A DNA stretch of 63,223 nucleotides from a virus (Duplodnaviria > Caudoviricetes). The first letter of the stretch is position 1. Each line of letters starts with the position of its first letter. The notes below the pieces were generated by a model. It did not search any database, was not told where the DNA came from, and saw only the letters and a program-made list of their open reading frames with translations. Location: the IMG/VR virus record IMGVR_UViG_3300011335_000575, positions 1 to 63,223 of that record; one strand, 5' to 3'. The translations under genes were made by a program, and so were the position numbers. Positions 49,092 through 59,080 of the stretch are shown in pieces.

Positions 49092-49925
49092 ATGGTACAA
49101 GCACAAACGAAAAATGCTTCAGCAAAAGCTGAAGTCGCAGTAAAGAAAGAAGCTCCACTGCCAGCGATGCTAGATTTAGAAGCAGCATCAGGTCAGGGTT
49201 CGGAGTACGTCACTGCTCGTGACACTAAACTTCCAATACTTAAAATCTTATACGCTAATTCAAAAGTATTAGATGAGAGTGATGGAAAATATATTGAGAC
49301 AGCAAAACAAGGAGACATTTATAATGAGACAACAGGAAGCCTTTACAAAGGTAAAGAAGGTGTAATTGTTGTTCCTTGCCTGTACATCAATACATTTAAT
49401 GAATGGAAAGATAGAGGAGATAGCCCAGGTCGTCCTGTTGGAATACATACAGATCCGTCTGTAATGGCACAAACTTCCAGAGGAGATGACTTCAAGGATA
49501 GATTACCAAATGGTAATTATATAGAAGACACTGGTAATCACTTTGTTTACATATTGGATAAAGATTATAATCCGATTGAGACAGCGTTGATTGCTATGAA
49601 GTCTACTCAAAAGAAAAAATCTAAAACTTGGAATTCTATGATTCAAAGTAGAAGACTACAAGGAAAGAAAGGTTTCTTTTGTCCGCCGTCATGGGCAACT
49701 AGCTATAAATTAACAACAACCAAAGAATCTAATTCTGGCAATAGTTGGTATGGTTGGATTGTAGAGTTTGATAAATACTTAAACGATCCTAAGTACGCTA
49801 AAGTGTTAGAGATAACAAAAGCATTTTATGAAAGTGCTATGAAGTCAGACATCTTTGGTAAAGTTGATTTTGGCAAAGAAGAATCTCAACAAATTAAACA
49901 AGACTCAGAATCAGTTCCGTTCTAA
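49092..49925 (+). CDS. single-stranded DNA-binding protein (putative)
   Basis: MKSTQ.KKS..WN motif; acidic tail ending VPF. Confidence 0.65.
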   Translation: MVQAQTKNASAKAEVAVKKEAPLPAMLDLEAASGQGSEYVTARDTKLPILKILYANSKVLDESDGKYIETAKQGDIYNETTGSLYKGKEGVIVVPCLYINTFNEWKDRGDSPGRPVGIHTDPSVMAQTSRGDDFKDRLPNGNYIEDTGNHFVYILDKDYNPIETALIAMKSTQKKKSKTWNSMIQSRRLQGKKGFFCPPSWATSYKLTTTKESNSGNSWYGWIVEFDKYLNDPKYAKVLEITKAFYESAMKSDIFGKVDFGKEESQQIKQDSESVPF

Positions 49926-51502
49926 TGGAAACAAAGCTATTAGAATTGTTTGAAGGCGATTCTACTCAGCATCTAGAGGTCACCCTAACGGGTGGCCTCG
50001 ATGAGAGGGGTAAGAAACAAGCCAAGTATACTACTGTGCGTGAGCCAGTAACGGCGGAGCTTTGGAAAAAACATTTAGATGGAGAAGTTATTATTGGGAT
50101 TAAACCCGAGATAGATGGAAAAACAAAATGGGGTTGTATTGATATGGACCCTAGTAATTATAAAGATTTTAACGAAAAGAAATTTGTAGATATTATTAAA
50201 CAATATAGTTTACCTTTAGTACCACTTAAATCTAAATCTGGTGGTTTACATTTAATTTTATTTTTAACAGATTGGGCTGATCAGAAAAAAGTAAGAGAAG
50301 AATTAGATAAGTGGAATGAAAAGTATTTTTTAGCAAAAGAAGTATTTCCTCGTAATAAACATTTAGGAATGCCTTATCATAAGGCAACTAGAACAGTTGA
50401 ATACGCTTATGATGATAGAGGAGAGGGATTGGATTTAGAACAATTTATAGAATTAGCTTTCAAGAGAAGAATATCATTTGATGATTTAATAAATTTTAAA
50501 ACTAAAAAATACGAACCAGAACCAGATTGGAATGAATATCCTCCTTGTGTTCAAAGTTTACTTACAGATAAATGGAATGGAGAGCATAGAAATGACATTA
50601 TGTTTAATATGGCTGTCCTTGAAATGAAAAGATCAGATGGCAATGTAGATAAAAAAACTTTAGTAAAAACATTATTTGAAAGAAACCAAGCTATATTTTC
50701 TAATCCATTAACTGAAAAAGAAATTATGGGAAGCGTTGCACAGTCAACTGCAAAGAAAAGTTATAACTATAAGTGCCCACCAAGATATCCTCATATGACT
50801 CCTATTTGTAATAAACAATTATGTCAGATGAGAAAACTTGGAATAGGTTGCCAAGTACCAGATATTATAGATGAATTTACAAATGTAATAGTCACAAGAA
50901 ATGTAAAAGAAACTTTTATGGAATTTAAATATAAAGATAAACTTATTGTAATTAAAACGGATGATGACTTGATTGATGAGAAATCTTTTAGAAAAAAACT
51001 ATTAACTTATTCTATAAATTGGATGACACTACCAAAACCTAAAAGAGGACCCAATCCTTTTGAAATGTTAGTACAAGGATTGTTTGATAAAGCAGACGAA
51101 AATAAAGACGCTAAGTTTGAAGATACATTAGCAGATACTGCATTTACATTTAAAAAGAAATTCTTTGAAACTCATATGATTGTTAAAGACTTTGAAGAAC
51201 TTAAACATGGCTATCTTGCTGAAGAAGTAGAAAATGAAAAAGTATTTATATTTTTTAAGAAAAGCACATTGGATGAATTTATTAAGAAGTCTTCACTTAA
51301 GTTATTTGCAAACTCTCAAGAAGCACTACAAGCAATAAACGCTATAAAAGTAGATTATCACAAACTACAAAAGAATCTTTGGAAAATGGAATTACCTGAT
51401 TTTAAAAATAAAAAGCAACCAACTAAACAAGAGACACAACAAGGCAAACTAACAGAACTGGATGACGCATATCATGCACAACAATTTAGAGCACCTAAAT
51501 AA
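49925..51502 (+). CDS. AEP-superfamily primase
   Basis: GCIDMD (DxD), SKSGGLH, PPC and RN PriCT-like motifs. Confidence 0.75.
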   Translation: METKLLELFEGDSTQHLEVTLTGGLDERGKKQAKYTTVREPVTAELWKKHLDGEVIIGIKPEIDGKTKWGCIDMDPSNYKDFNEKKFVDIIKQYSLPLVPLKSKSGGLHLILFLTDWADQKKVREELDKWNEKYFLAKEVFPRNKHLGMPYHKATRTVEYAYDDRGEGLDLEQFIELAFKRRISFDDLINFKTKKYEPEPDWNEYPPCVQSLLTDKWNGEHRNDIMFNMAVLEMKRSDGNVDKKTLVKTLFERNQAIFSNPLTEKEIMGSVAQSTAKKSYNYKCPPRYPHMTPICNKQLCQMRKLGIGCQVPDIIDEFTNVIVTRNVKETFMEFKYKDKLIVIKTDDDLIDEKSFRKKLLTYSINWMTLPKPKRGPNPFEMLVQGLFDKADENKDAKFEDTLADTAFTFKKKFFETHMIVKDFEELKHGYLAEEVENEKVFIFFKKSTLDEFIKKSSLKLFANSQEALQAINAIKVDYHKLQKNLWKMELPDFKNKKQPTKQETQQGKLTELDDAYHAQQFRAPK

Positions 51503-53102
51503 TATTAGGAATAAAACTGTTAAGTATTATGGCCCGCCAGGAACGGGAAAGACTAATACGTTAGTTCAAGAAATACTTACAAAGCATTTAGCTGAAGGTA
51601 TACTTCCACAAGATATAGCCTTTATATCATTTACAAACAAAGCAGTAGATACAGCTATAGACAGAGTACTAAAAGCTTTTCCTCAATATACTATAAAAGA
51701 CTTTCAAAGATTTAAAACATTACATAAGTATTGTAAAAAATATTTTACACAAGAAGTATTTGATCCACAAAAATGTATGATTGATTTTGCCTTAGATTGT
51801 AAAATTATAAAATATTGTGACTCTAGGTTAGATGATGATTCGTTTATTTATAAAGATTGGTCATTACAAATGTATGATAAAGCAAGAAACATGATGCAAC
51901 CTGTTGAAGAAATCTATCGTAATGAAACATACAAAAGAGAATCATTAAGTTTATTATTAAGAAAGATTGATGCTTACAATAGTTACAAAAAAGACGGCGA
52001 CACAAAGTATATGGATTTTACAGATATGGTTGAAAGAACAATAGATGAAGTTAATTTTCCACCATTAGAAGTTTTAATATTAGATGAAGCACAAGACTTT
52101 ACACCATTACAATGGTCTGTTGTTTATAAAATGGCACACAATGCTAATAAAATATATTTAGCTGGAGATGATGACCAAGCTATCTATAGATGGAATGGTT
52201 CTGATTATAGATATTTTACTAAATATTTTCCTGGCGAAAAGAAAGTTCTTTCTCAAACAAGAAGATTTGGAAAAGAAATACATAGATTTTCTCAAATTAT
52301 TAGAAGAGAAATTATAGACAGTGAAGAAAAAGAATATTTATACAATCCAAATATTAAAGATACAGTTCAAGCTTACAGATCATTTTATGATATTAATTTT
52401 GAAGATTATAAAGGTACTTGGTATTTATTAGGTAGGATTAGTACAACAGTTAATGAGCTTAGAATGATGGCAAAAAATAAAGGTTTTTACTTTATGGATA
52501 ATAAAGGTAATAAATCTTTTACAAATAATAAATGGAAAGCAATAAGAACTTGGAAGAAATTATGTGATGGAGAAAAGATAAATAGAGAAGAAGCACAAAA
52601 CTTTTATAAATATACAAGATACATATCTAAAGATTTATATAGAACAAAAGAGTTTTGGGATGAACAAGATAAATTTAATCAATACACATTTGAAGATTTA
52701 AAAGCATGGTGTGGTTTAACTATTAAAGATGAACTTAGAGGACAAGAATGGTTTTATGTTTTAAAACGAAATATTAAACCAACAGAAGTTACTTATATAA
52801 ATATTTTACTAGAAAGATACGGAGAAGATCAATTAGATAAAGAACCTAATATGATTATAGATACTGTTCATTCTGTAAAAGGAGGAGAAGCGGATAACGT
52901 TTTAGTCTATTTCAAAGCTGATTATGCTTCTCAATATCAAAACAAAACAGTTCAAGAGAAAATGGACGAAAAGAGAGTAGTTTATGTTGCAGTAACCAGA
53001 GCTAAATATTCATTACATTTATTAAGTTCTGATCACAGATACAACTATCCAATAGGGGAAGATTACTTTAAATACTTACAGGAGAAAAGAAATGAGCAAT
53101 AA
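51462..53102 (+). CDS. UvrD/SF1 DNA helicase
   Basis: GPPGTGKT, DEAQD, GDDDQAIY, T.H.VKGGEADNV, YVAVTRA. Confidence 0.92.
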   Translation: MTHIMHNNLEHLNNIRNKTVKYYGPPGTGKTNTLVQEILTKHLAEGILPQDIAFISFTNKAVDTAIDRVLKAFPQYTIKDFQRFKTLHKYCKKYFTQEVFDPQKCMIDFALDCKIIKYCDSRLDDDSFIYKDWSLQMYDKARNMMQPVEEIYRNETYKRESLSLLLRKIDAYNSYKKDGDTKYMDFTDMVERTIDEVNFPPLEVLILDEAQDFTPLQWSVVYKMAHNANKIYLAGDDDQAIYRWNGSDYRYFTKYFPGEKKVLSQTRRFGKEIHRFSQIIRREIIDSEEKEYLYNPNIKDTVQAYRSFYDINFEDYKGTWYLLGRISTTVNELRMMAKNKGFYFMDNKGNKSFTNNKWKAIRTWKKLCDGEKINREEAQNFYKYTRYISKDLYRTKEFWDEQDKFNQYTFEDLKAWCGLTIKDELRGQEWFYVLKRNIKPTEVTYINILLERYGEDQLDKEPNMIIDTVHSVKGGEADNVLVYFKADYASQYQNKTVQEKMDEKRVVYVAVTRAKYSLHLLSSDHRYNYPIGEDYFKYLQEKRNEQ

Positions 53103-53307
53103 AGCGTTTTTTAAACAAGTGGGAGGAAAGCATTATCAAGCTATGAAGATACAACCCTCTCAGTTTATTAATGAAAATAATTTACCTTTCGCAGAGGGTA
53201 ATGCGATTAAATATATATGCAGACATAAATTAAAAGGAAAGAAAGAAGATATATTAAAAGCTATTCACTATTTAGAAATGGTTTTAGAAAGGGATTACAA
53301 TGACTAG
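53092..53307 (+). CDS. DUF3310 protein
   Basis: QVGG.HY, F.EGNAIKY..R...K...EDI.KA.HYL. Confidence 0.88.
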   Translation: MSNKAFFKQVGGKHYQAMKIQPSQFINENNLPFAEGNAIKYICRHKLKGKKEDILKAIHYLEMVLERDYND

Positions 53308-55171
53308 TCTACAATATTCATTAACATTTAAGAAAAGTATGTGGCTATGTCCATCAGAATATAAAGATTTATCTCAAGCAACTGAAATTGCGATAGATTT
53401 AGAAACTAGAGATGATGGAATTAATGAAGGACTTGGAGCTGGTTGGGCTATTAATAAAGGTTATGTAATTGGTTTTGCTGTAGCTGTTGAAGGTTGGCAA
53501 GGTTATTACCCCTTTAAACATTATGGTGGGGGCAATATGATTCCAAACCAAGTTATCAGTTATATGAAAGAAATTTGTGCATTACCTTGCAGAAAAATAT
53601 TTCATAATGCTCAATATGATTTAGGTTGGTTGCAATCTATGGGTATCCAAGTAAATGGAGAAATAGTTGATACAATGGTTGCAGCAGCAATCGTTGATGA
53701 AAATAGATGGGCATATAATCTAAATGCATTAGCTAAAGATTATTTAGGAGAGATTAAAGCTGAAACAGATTTAAAAGAAGCAGCCAAAGATCATGGTATA
53801 GATCCCAAAGCTGAGATGTGGAAATTACCCGCAGAGCACGTTGGTTTCTACGCTGAACAAGATGCACGGCTCACGTTAAAGCTATGGGGATTTCTAAAAA
53901 ACGAAATCATTAAACAAAACTTAACTACCATTTGGGAAATGGAATCTAAACTATTACCTATCTTAATTAAGATGAGACAAAGAGGAATTAGAGTAGATGT
54001 AGATAAAGCCCAAAGACTAATTAAAGAGTTTGAAGCACAAGAAAAACAAACTTTAATTAAAATAAAACAAATAACAGGTAAGGATTTAGATATCTGGGCG
54101 GCAAGACAAATAGGAGAGGCTTTTGATAAATTAAAGATAGCTTATCCTAGAACTCCTAAAAGTAATGAACCTAGCTTTACAGCTAACTGGCTTACAAATT
54201 GTCCTCATGAAATAGCTAAACTTATTGTTCAAGCAAGAGAGATAAATAAATTTCATGCTACTTTCTTACAAAGTGTTATGCGATACCAAGTAAATGGTAG
54301 AGTTCATGCTGAAATAAATCAATTAAGATCAGATAATGGTGGTACAGTTTCAGGACGTATATCAATGTCTAATCCTAACTTACAGCAAATACCAGCTCGT
54401 AATAAAGATTTTGGCCCTAAGATTAGATCATTGTTCTTACCTGATGAAGATCATCAGTGGGGTTCATTTGACTATTCACAGCAAGAGCCAAGAATGGTTG
54501 TGCACTATGCTTCGTCTGTTGGTTATGAGGGAACTGAAGAATTAATTAAAGCATATGAGAATGCTTCAGCAGACTTTCATCAAACAATTGCAGACATGAT
54601 AGGTATTGATCGTTCCCAAGCTAAAACAATTGGATTAGGTTTAATGTACGGTATGGGAAATACTAAACTAGCTAATCAACTTGGTTTAACTAAAGAAGAA
54701 GCAGAAGAAATTATTATTAAATATAATAGAAAAGTTCCGTTTCTTAAAAAACTTATTAAACTTTGTATGGACAAAGCATCTAAAGAAGGTGCTATCCGAA
54801 CTAAAAAAGGTCGTAAATGTAGATTTGATAAGTGGGAACCTAAAGATTGGACTATGACTACACCAGAAGTATTTGAAACCGCTATTGTAAAGTTTGGTGG
54901 ACAAGAAAACATTAAAAGAGCTGGAACATATAAGGCTTTAAATAGACTTATACAAGGTTCTGCAGCTGATCAAACTAAACAAGCAATCATTTCTTGTCAT
55001 GAAGCTGGACATACTCCACTACTACAGATTCATGATGAATTATGTTTTAACATTAAAGACAAAGATAAAGATGTTAAAGTAATTAAAAAGACTATGGAAA
55101 ACTGTATAGAGTTTAAAGTTCCAAGTCTTGTAGATGTAGCAGTTGGAAAGAGTTGGGGGGAAGTTGAATAA
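53300..55171 (+). CDS. polA: DNA polymerase, family A, with 3'-5' exonuclease
   Basis: AIDLET, HNAQYD, DYSQQEPR, AKTIGLGLMYG, QIHDEL. Confidence 0.95.
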   Translation: MTSLQYSLTFKKSMWLCPSEYKDLSQATEIAIDLETRDDGINEGLGAGWAINKGYVIGFAVAVEGWQGYYPFKHYGGGNMIPNQVISYMKEICALPCRKIFHNAQYDLGWLQSMGIQVNGEIVDTMVAAAIVDENRWAYNLNALAKDYLGEIKAETDLKEAAKDHGIDPKAEMWKLPAEHVGFYAEQDARLTLKLWGFLKNEIIKQNLTTIWEMESKLLPILIKMRQRGIRVDVDKAQRLIKEFEAQEKQTLIKIKQITGKDLDIWAARQIGEAFDKLKIAYPRTPKSNEPSFTANWLTNCPHEIAKLIVQAREINKFHATFLQSVMRYQVNGRVHAEINQLRSDNGGTVSGRISMSNPNLQQIPARNKDFGPKIRSLFLPDEDHQWGSFDYSQQEPRMVVHYASSVGYEGTEELIKAYENASADFHQTIADMIGIDRSQAKTIGLGLMYGMGNTKLANQLGLTKEEAEEIIIKYNRKVPFLKKLIKLCMDKASKEGAIRTKKGRKCRFDKWEPKDWTMTTPEVFETAIVKFGGQENIKRAGTYKALNRLIQGSAADQTKQAIISCHEAGHTPLLQIHDELCFNIKDKDKDVKVIKKTMENCIEFKVPSLVDVAVGKSWGEVE

Positions 55172-55176
55172 TAGCT

Positions 55177-55671
55177 ATGCCTTATAAATGTAAAGAAAAG
55201 AAAAAGGCTTACCATAAAGAATATCTTAAAAAATGGTCTTTAAAAAATACTAAAAAACTTTCTGAAATTAAATATAAGTATATGAATAGTGAAAAAGGTT
55301 TTGTTAGAAAATGTGTTTCATCAATGTTTTCTCCAAGTAGAATAAAAGAAAGAGGACTTGTTCCTGAGTCTACTAAAGAAGAAATATTAAACTATTTTAA
55401 TGAATATATTAATAAATGGGGAAAAGTTTGTTTCTATTGTTTTGAACCTTGGACTTATAAAAGGAAAAAATATAAGGTAGGTGGAGGTAGATCTTTTGAA
55501 AAATTTAAACAAAACATGAAAAATTTTTCTATAGATCGTCTTGATAATAGTAAAACTTATAGTCTTAATAATATTATATTTTGTTGTACCGATTGTAATT
55601 CAAGTAAAAATAGAATATCTATTAAATTAATAAAACGTTTAAATGAGATTATAAAAGAAAGAGGATTATAA
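55177..55671 (+). CDS. HNH-family endonuclease
   Basis: CFYC, SIDRLDN...Y...N...CC..CN..K. Confidence 0.75.
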   Translation: MPYKCKEKKKAYHKEYLKKWSLKNTKKLSEIKYKYMNSEKGFVRKCVSSMFSPSRIKERGLVPESTKEEILNYFNEYINKWGKVCFYCFEPWTYKRKKYKVGGGRSFEKFKQNMKNFSIDRLDNSKTYSLNNIIFCCTDCNSSKNRISIKLIKRLNEIIKERGL

Positions 55672-55672
55672 C

Positions 55673-56131
55673 ATGACACAAATTACAGGGATCACGGATC
55701 ACGGGCCTTTAAAGACAATACACCCGTTGTATCAAATCTTTGGTGTAAGATTAGAAGTTATTAATTTTGATAATATAATTAACTGTGACCATAAAGAACA
55801 CGCAACAGATATTAATGATTCAATAAAAGATATTGGATTAATTTGTCCAATGGTTTTAGTAAAAAAAGATGATAAGTATATCATATCTGATGGGTGTAGC
55901 AGATATAACTTTATAAAAAATCATGCAAATTCTTCAATTTGTTATGTAGCAAAAAATATAGATGAAGAAAAATTCTTACAACAAATGAATAAAAAAGTAT
56001 TTAAACTTCACACAGAAGAAAAAGTAATAAGAAGTTTTGAATTTTTATTTCAAGACGATATCGTAGAGCACACAGCAAAGTGTACTTACCTATTCTCTGA
56101 GGGAGTTCCCAAAGAAAAAATGTTAAGATAA
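55673..56131 (+). CDS. ParB/Srx-like N-terminal domain protein
   Basis: SI...GLICP.V......Y.ISDG..R. Confidence 0.55.
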   Translation: MTQITGITDHGPLKTIHPLYQIFGVRLEVINFDNIINCDHKEHATDINDSIKDIGLICPMVLVKKDDKYIISDGCSRYNFIKNHANSSICYVAKNIDEEKFLQQMNKKVFKLHTEEKVIRSFEFLFQDDIVEHTAKCTYLFSEGVPKEKMLR

Positions 56132-56136
56132 AAAAT

Positions 56137-56340
56137 TTAAGAAGCGATATCTAAATCTTCTTCTAATTCTTCTCTTACTTTGAATACAGCTTGTTCTCTT
56201 AACTGTCTTTTAATTTCTTTCAGTTCGAGTTCAATCTGCATCATATCTATTGTCTCTATTCCTTTTTCTAAAAACATATGATTCCATTTAGTTTCTAGAA
56301 TCATTTTTCTAGTAATAAGAGACTGTTCATTATGAAACAT
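56137..56340 (-). CDS. hypothetical protein
   Basis: 67 aa, GAGG RBS, overlaps the upstream gene. Confidence 0.6.
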   Translation of the reverse strand: MFHNEQSLITRKMILETKWNHMFLEKGIETIDMMQIELELKEIKRQLREQAVFKVREELEEDLDIAS

Positions 56341-56521
56341 TCAGTTCCTCATATGTTAGGAAGACTTTAGATGGGGAGTATGTAATCTCTTTACTCCAAG
56401 TTCCTCGGCCTTCACTAAGCTCTTTTATGAAGTTATTTTTCGCTTCATCATCATCTACTGCCTTTACGTCAAGTACTATACGTTGACCAGCATATCTAGC
56501 GGTAAAGCGATATGACTTCAT
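56330..56521 (-). CDS. hypothetical protein, probably leaderless
   Basis: ATG lies 6 nt after a -10 element. Confidence 0.6.
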   Translation of the reverse strand: MKSYRFTARYAGQRIVLDVKAVDDDEAKNNFIKELSEGRGTWSKEITYSPSKVFLTYEELNVS

Positions 56522-56527
56522 GAGATT

Positions 56528-56556
56528 ATCTTATATATCTTGGGAGGCATTGTCAA
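56528..56556 (-). promoter_or_regulatory. sigma70-like promoter TTGACA-N17-TAAGAT
   Basis: Direct read; a second TTGACA faces the other way at 56563. Confidence 0.7.
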
Positions 56557-56599
56557 TATTCCTTGACATTAGTATAAAACGTTATTAAAAACAACTATT

Positions 56600-56791
56600 A
56601 TGATAAAAACAATGATAAAAAGATATGTGTATAACTTCAAAAAATATGCCTTTAAACAATATTATATGGATGAACACCCAGATAATAGGTCTTATCCGCC
56701 TCTATTAAAAAGATTATACATATTTTGGAAACTAAAATCTGAGCCTACATTTGAAGAAAGAATGGATTATTGGCGAAGACTACACCCATAG
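56600..56791 (+). CDS. hypothetical protein
   Basis: 63 aa ORF. Confidence 0.45.
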   Translation: MIKTMIKRYVYNFKKYAFKQYYMDEHPDNRSYPPLLKRLYIFWKLKSEPTFEERMDYWRRLHP

Positions 56792-56799
56792 GAAATAAA

Positions 56800-56997
56800 A
56801 TGGATATAAGTAAATGGAAAAGTGTTGCTATAAGAATTGATGACTACAAAATATTAAAAAGTCTTTGTGGTAAAAAATTTAGAGCTCCTGCAAGTATGAT
56901 TTCTAAGTTAGTTCATGACTATTGCAAGTATCAAGCATCAAAAGAGAAAGTAAAATACGAAGTTTTTATTAAGAATTTACTTAATGGAAAACATTAA
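56800..56997 (+). CDS. ribbon-helix-helix-like regulator
   Basis: MDISKWKSVAIR..DY..L...R.PA.MI pattern. Confidence 0.6.
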   Translation: MDISKWKSVAIRIDDYKILKSLCGKKFRAPASMISKLVHDYCKYQASKEKVKYEVFIKNLLNGKH

Positions 56998-57033
56998 GGT
57001 TGTATAATTCGTTATTTATGCTAATAATTTAGC

Positions 57034-57321
57034 ATGAATAACGAAAACGACCCCATCCAAACAGAATTTCTACACTGTTTAAGTTTTTTATCTAAAAAAT
57101 TAACAAAATTTCAATATGAGTTGATTTGTCACGTAATGTTTAATCTATATATGGGTAAAACTTATGGTTTTGATCCCGCATTTGACGAAAGATTTCTACC
57201 ATTATGCAAGATGTACTGGTATAGCAAAGGAAAAAATGACTTTGATCCTAAAAAAATTCCTCAAAATGAGGGAAAAGCTATAATTTTTAAAGTGTATGAT
57301 GGTGGTAAAAAGGAAAAATAA
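57034..57321 (+). CDS. hypothetical protein
   Basis: 95 aa ORF. Confidence 0.55.
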   Translation: MNNENDPIQTEFLHCLSFLSKKLTKFQYELICHVMFNLYMGKTYGFDPAFDERFLPLCKMYWYSKGKNDFDPKKIPQNEGKAIIFKVYDGGKKEK

Positions 57322-57544
57322 GATTTACAATGTACGTATGAAACGTACAAACATCTTCAGACCCCACAAGCTAGAAAACGTGTTAGATATAGACTATTCA
57401 ACGTGGTCTGGACACGAAATCACAGAATTGTTATTAGCTGTACATGATAACTATAATTACTTTGTTAAGACTAAACATAGTCCTGAGATGATCCTTTATT
57501 ACCATGACATACTCAGTAGACTTATTAAAACTTATGGGCATTGA
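57296..57544 (+). CDS. hypothetical protein
   Basis: 82 aa ORF. Confidence 0.5.
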   Translation: MMVVKRKNKIYNVRMKRTNIFRPHKLENVLDIDYSTWSGHEITELLLAVHDNYNYFVKTKHSPEMILYYHDILSRLIKTYGH

Positions 57545-57965
57545 ATTCGCTCAAACCATCTTAGAAACTAAAGAAATAGTTTCTGAACAGAAACTATGGC
57601 GTGGTGTTTTATGTAATGCTATTGAAGATACCATGCAAGGTCTATCTGATCGTAAGACAAGTATTTATAAGATGGAGGCTCATGAATGGATAATAAACAA
57701 TGATGATGATTTTCAAAAGGTATGTTATTGGTCAGGTTTTGATCCTGATTTAGTTAAAGAAAAATATTTACAAGCAGTTAAACGAGGAGATATTAAATTT
57801 ACAGAAAAACAAATTAATTGGATTAAGTATTATAGACATTACGAGGCTTATAAAAAAGAAACAGATAAAGAAAAAAGAAGAGAGTACAAAAAGATAGCAG
57901 ATAAATGGCGAAATATTGTCTTTAATAGTACAACAGCTTTAGTCACATCATTTTTAATTACTTAG
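57504..57965 (+). CDS. conserved phage protein (EQ.LW..V..NA.ED, DF..VC...G.DP)
   Basis: Motif pattern; start possibly at MGIEF. Confidence 0.65.
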   Translation: MTYSVDLLKLMGIEFAQTILETKEIVSEQKLWRGVLCNAIEDTMQGLSDRKTSIYKMEAHEWIINNDDDFQKVCYWSGFDPDLVKEKYLQAVKRGDIKFTEKQINWIKYYRHYEAYKKETDKEKRREYKKIADKWRNIVFNSTTALVTSFLIT

Positions 57966-58021
57966 ACAAGGTTGATCCCATAAATTTTATTTGAGATCAT
58001 TACGGCCGAAAGGAGCATCTC

Positions 58022-58165
58022 ATGGCTAAGAAAAAAGAAACATTACAAGACATCTTAGATAGAATTAATGAGGACATTGAAACTATCAGAGAAAAAGTCG
58101 AAGAATTAGAAAATCATGAATGTGATTCTGATAATGACTTCGATGATGAAGACGAAGACGAGTAA
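58022..58165 (+). CDS. 47 aa coiled-coil protein with acidic tail
   Basis: Read manually; AAAGGAG RBS. Confidence 0.7.
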   Translation: MAKKKETLQDILDRINEDIETIREKVEELENHECDSDNDFDDEDEDE

Positions 58166-58266
58166 ATATAAGCAAAAATAGCATAATTGACTTATGCTAA
58201 ATTTAGTAATAAAATCAATGACATAGAGTATCATACTCTATTTTTTCCTTTCATTGTTTAAAGTTT

Positions 58267-58294
58267 CCTCCCCCTTGAAAAAGGGGGAGGTTTT
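58267..58294. terminator. terminator hairpin between convergent genes
   Basis: CCTCCCCCTT-GAAA-AAGGGGGAGG-TTTT. Confidence 0.8.
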
Positions 58295-58300
58295 ACTATT

Positions 58301-58570
58301 TTATCTTATATCTAATGTAGATGGATCAAACTCTGGTTCACAAAAATCTTTTAATTGTAAACCATATTGCTTTAAGGCATATAACAATTTATTCACCTCA
58401 CTTGGTGTAAATGAATTATCTAATAATTCAGATGGTGATATTGTTTTTAAAGCACCAATTGTTGCGGGAACTGGTAAAATTCCATGTTCCTCCAATTTAT
58501 CAATTGTTTTCTTATAAAGCATAAAGTATTTAGCATTTTTAAGTAAATACTCATCATATTTATTTGTCAT
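58301..58570 (-). CDS. RNA polymerase alpha-CTD-like small protein
   Basis: Manual alignment to the alpha-CTD pattern L..R..N.L....I..IGDL....E.ELL......L...GL.L. Confidence 0.5.
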   Translation of the reverse strand: MTNKYDEYLLKNAKYFMLYKKTIDKLEEHGILPVPATIGALKTISPSELLDNSFTPSEVNKLLYALKQYGLQLKDFCEPEFDPSTLDIR

Positions 58571-58656
58571 GTTTTTCCTTTTGTTGTTTTATATTGTATT
58601 TAGTCTATGGAGATAGACTGTCAATATAATTTAAAAAATATAACGCATGAGTTGAA

Positions 58657-58998
58657 TTAAATATTATATTGATAAGTGTTAAATTTATAATCAGTATTAC
58701 CTTTTTTTAAGAACCCTAGCCTAACAAGTTTATTTAAGTCTCTTTGAACAGTTGGTACTGAACATACATAATCAAATAATTTCCACATTTGAAATTGCAA
58801 ACATTTAATACTTACATAATAATTATTATGCTCATGAGGTGGTATCATTTGAGCCATTGCGATCATAATGGCTAAATGTCCTGTGTGTAGCCCATTACTA
58901 CGAGGGGACATCGTTTTAACAATATTATTATATTGAAAGAAGTATTTAATAATAATGTCTAGGTTTTGTAATTGTACGTTTTGAGGTATGTTTATCAT
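58657..58998 (-). CDS. winged-helix DNA-binding protein
   Basis: SVPTVQRDLNKLVRLGFLKK. Confidence 0.7.
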   Translation of the reverse strand: MINIPQNVQLQNLDIIIKYFFQYNNIVKTMSPRSNGLHTGHLAIMIAMAQMIPPHEHNNYYVSIKCLQFQMWKLFDYVCSVPTVQRDLNKLVRLGFLKKGNTDYKFNTYQYNI

Positions 58999-59049
58999 AT
59001 TATCCTATATTGTTTGTTGGTTGTATCTATAAGTGCAACCTATCAAGTA

Positions 59050-59077
59050 CTTGAAAAGTGATATTGATTTACTATAT
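59050..59077 (+). promoter_or_regulatory. RpoH (sigma32)-like promoter
   Basis: CTTG-N17-ACTATAT versus the alphaproteobacterial consensus CTTG-N17-CYTATNT. Confidence 0.6.
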
Positions 59078-59080
59078 ACT

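Noticed and set aside
9269-55215. Many short antisense or alternate-frame ORFs in the track (e.g. 9269, 9935, 10997, 22637, 28736, 30463, 42105, 54336)
   Set aside because: They overlap well-supported genes, lack RBSs and have shadow-like composition
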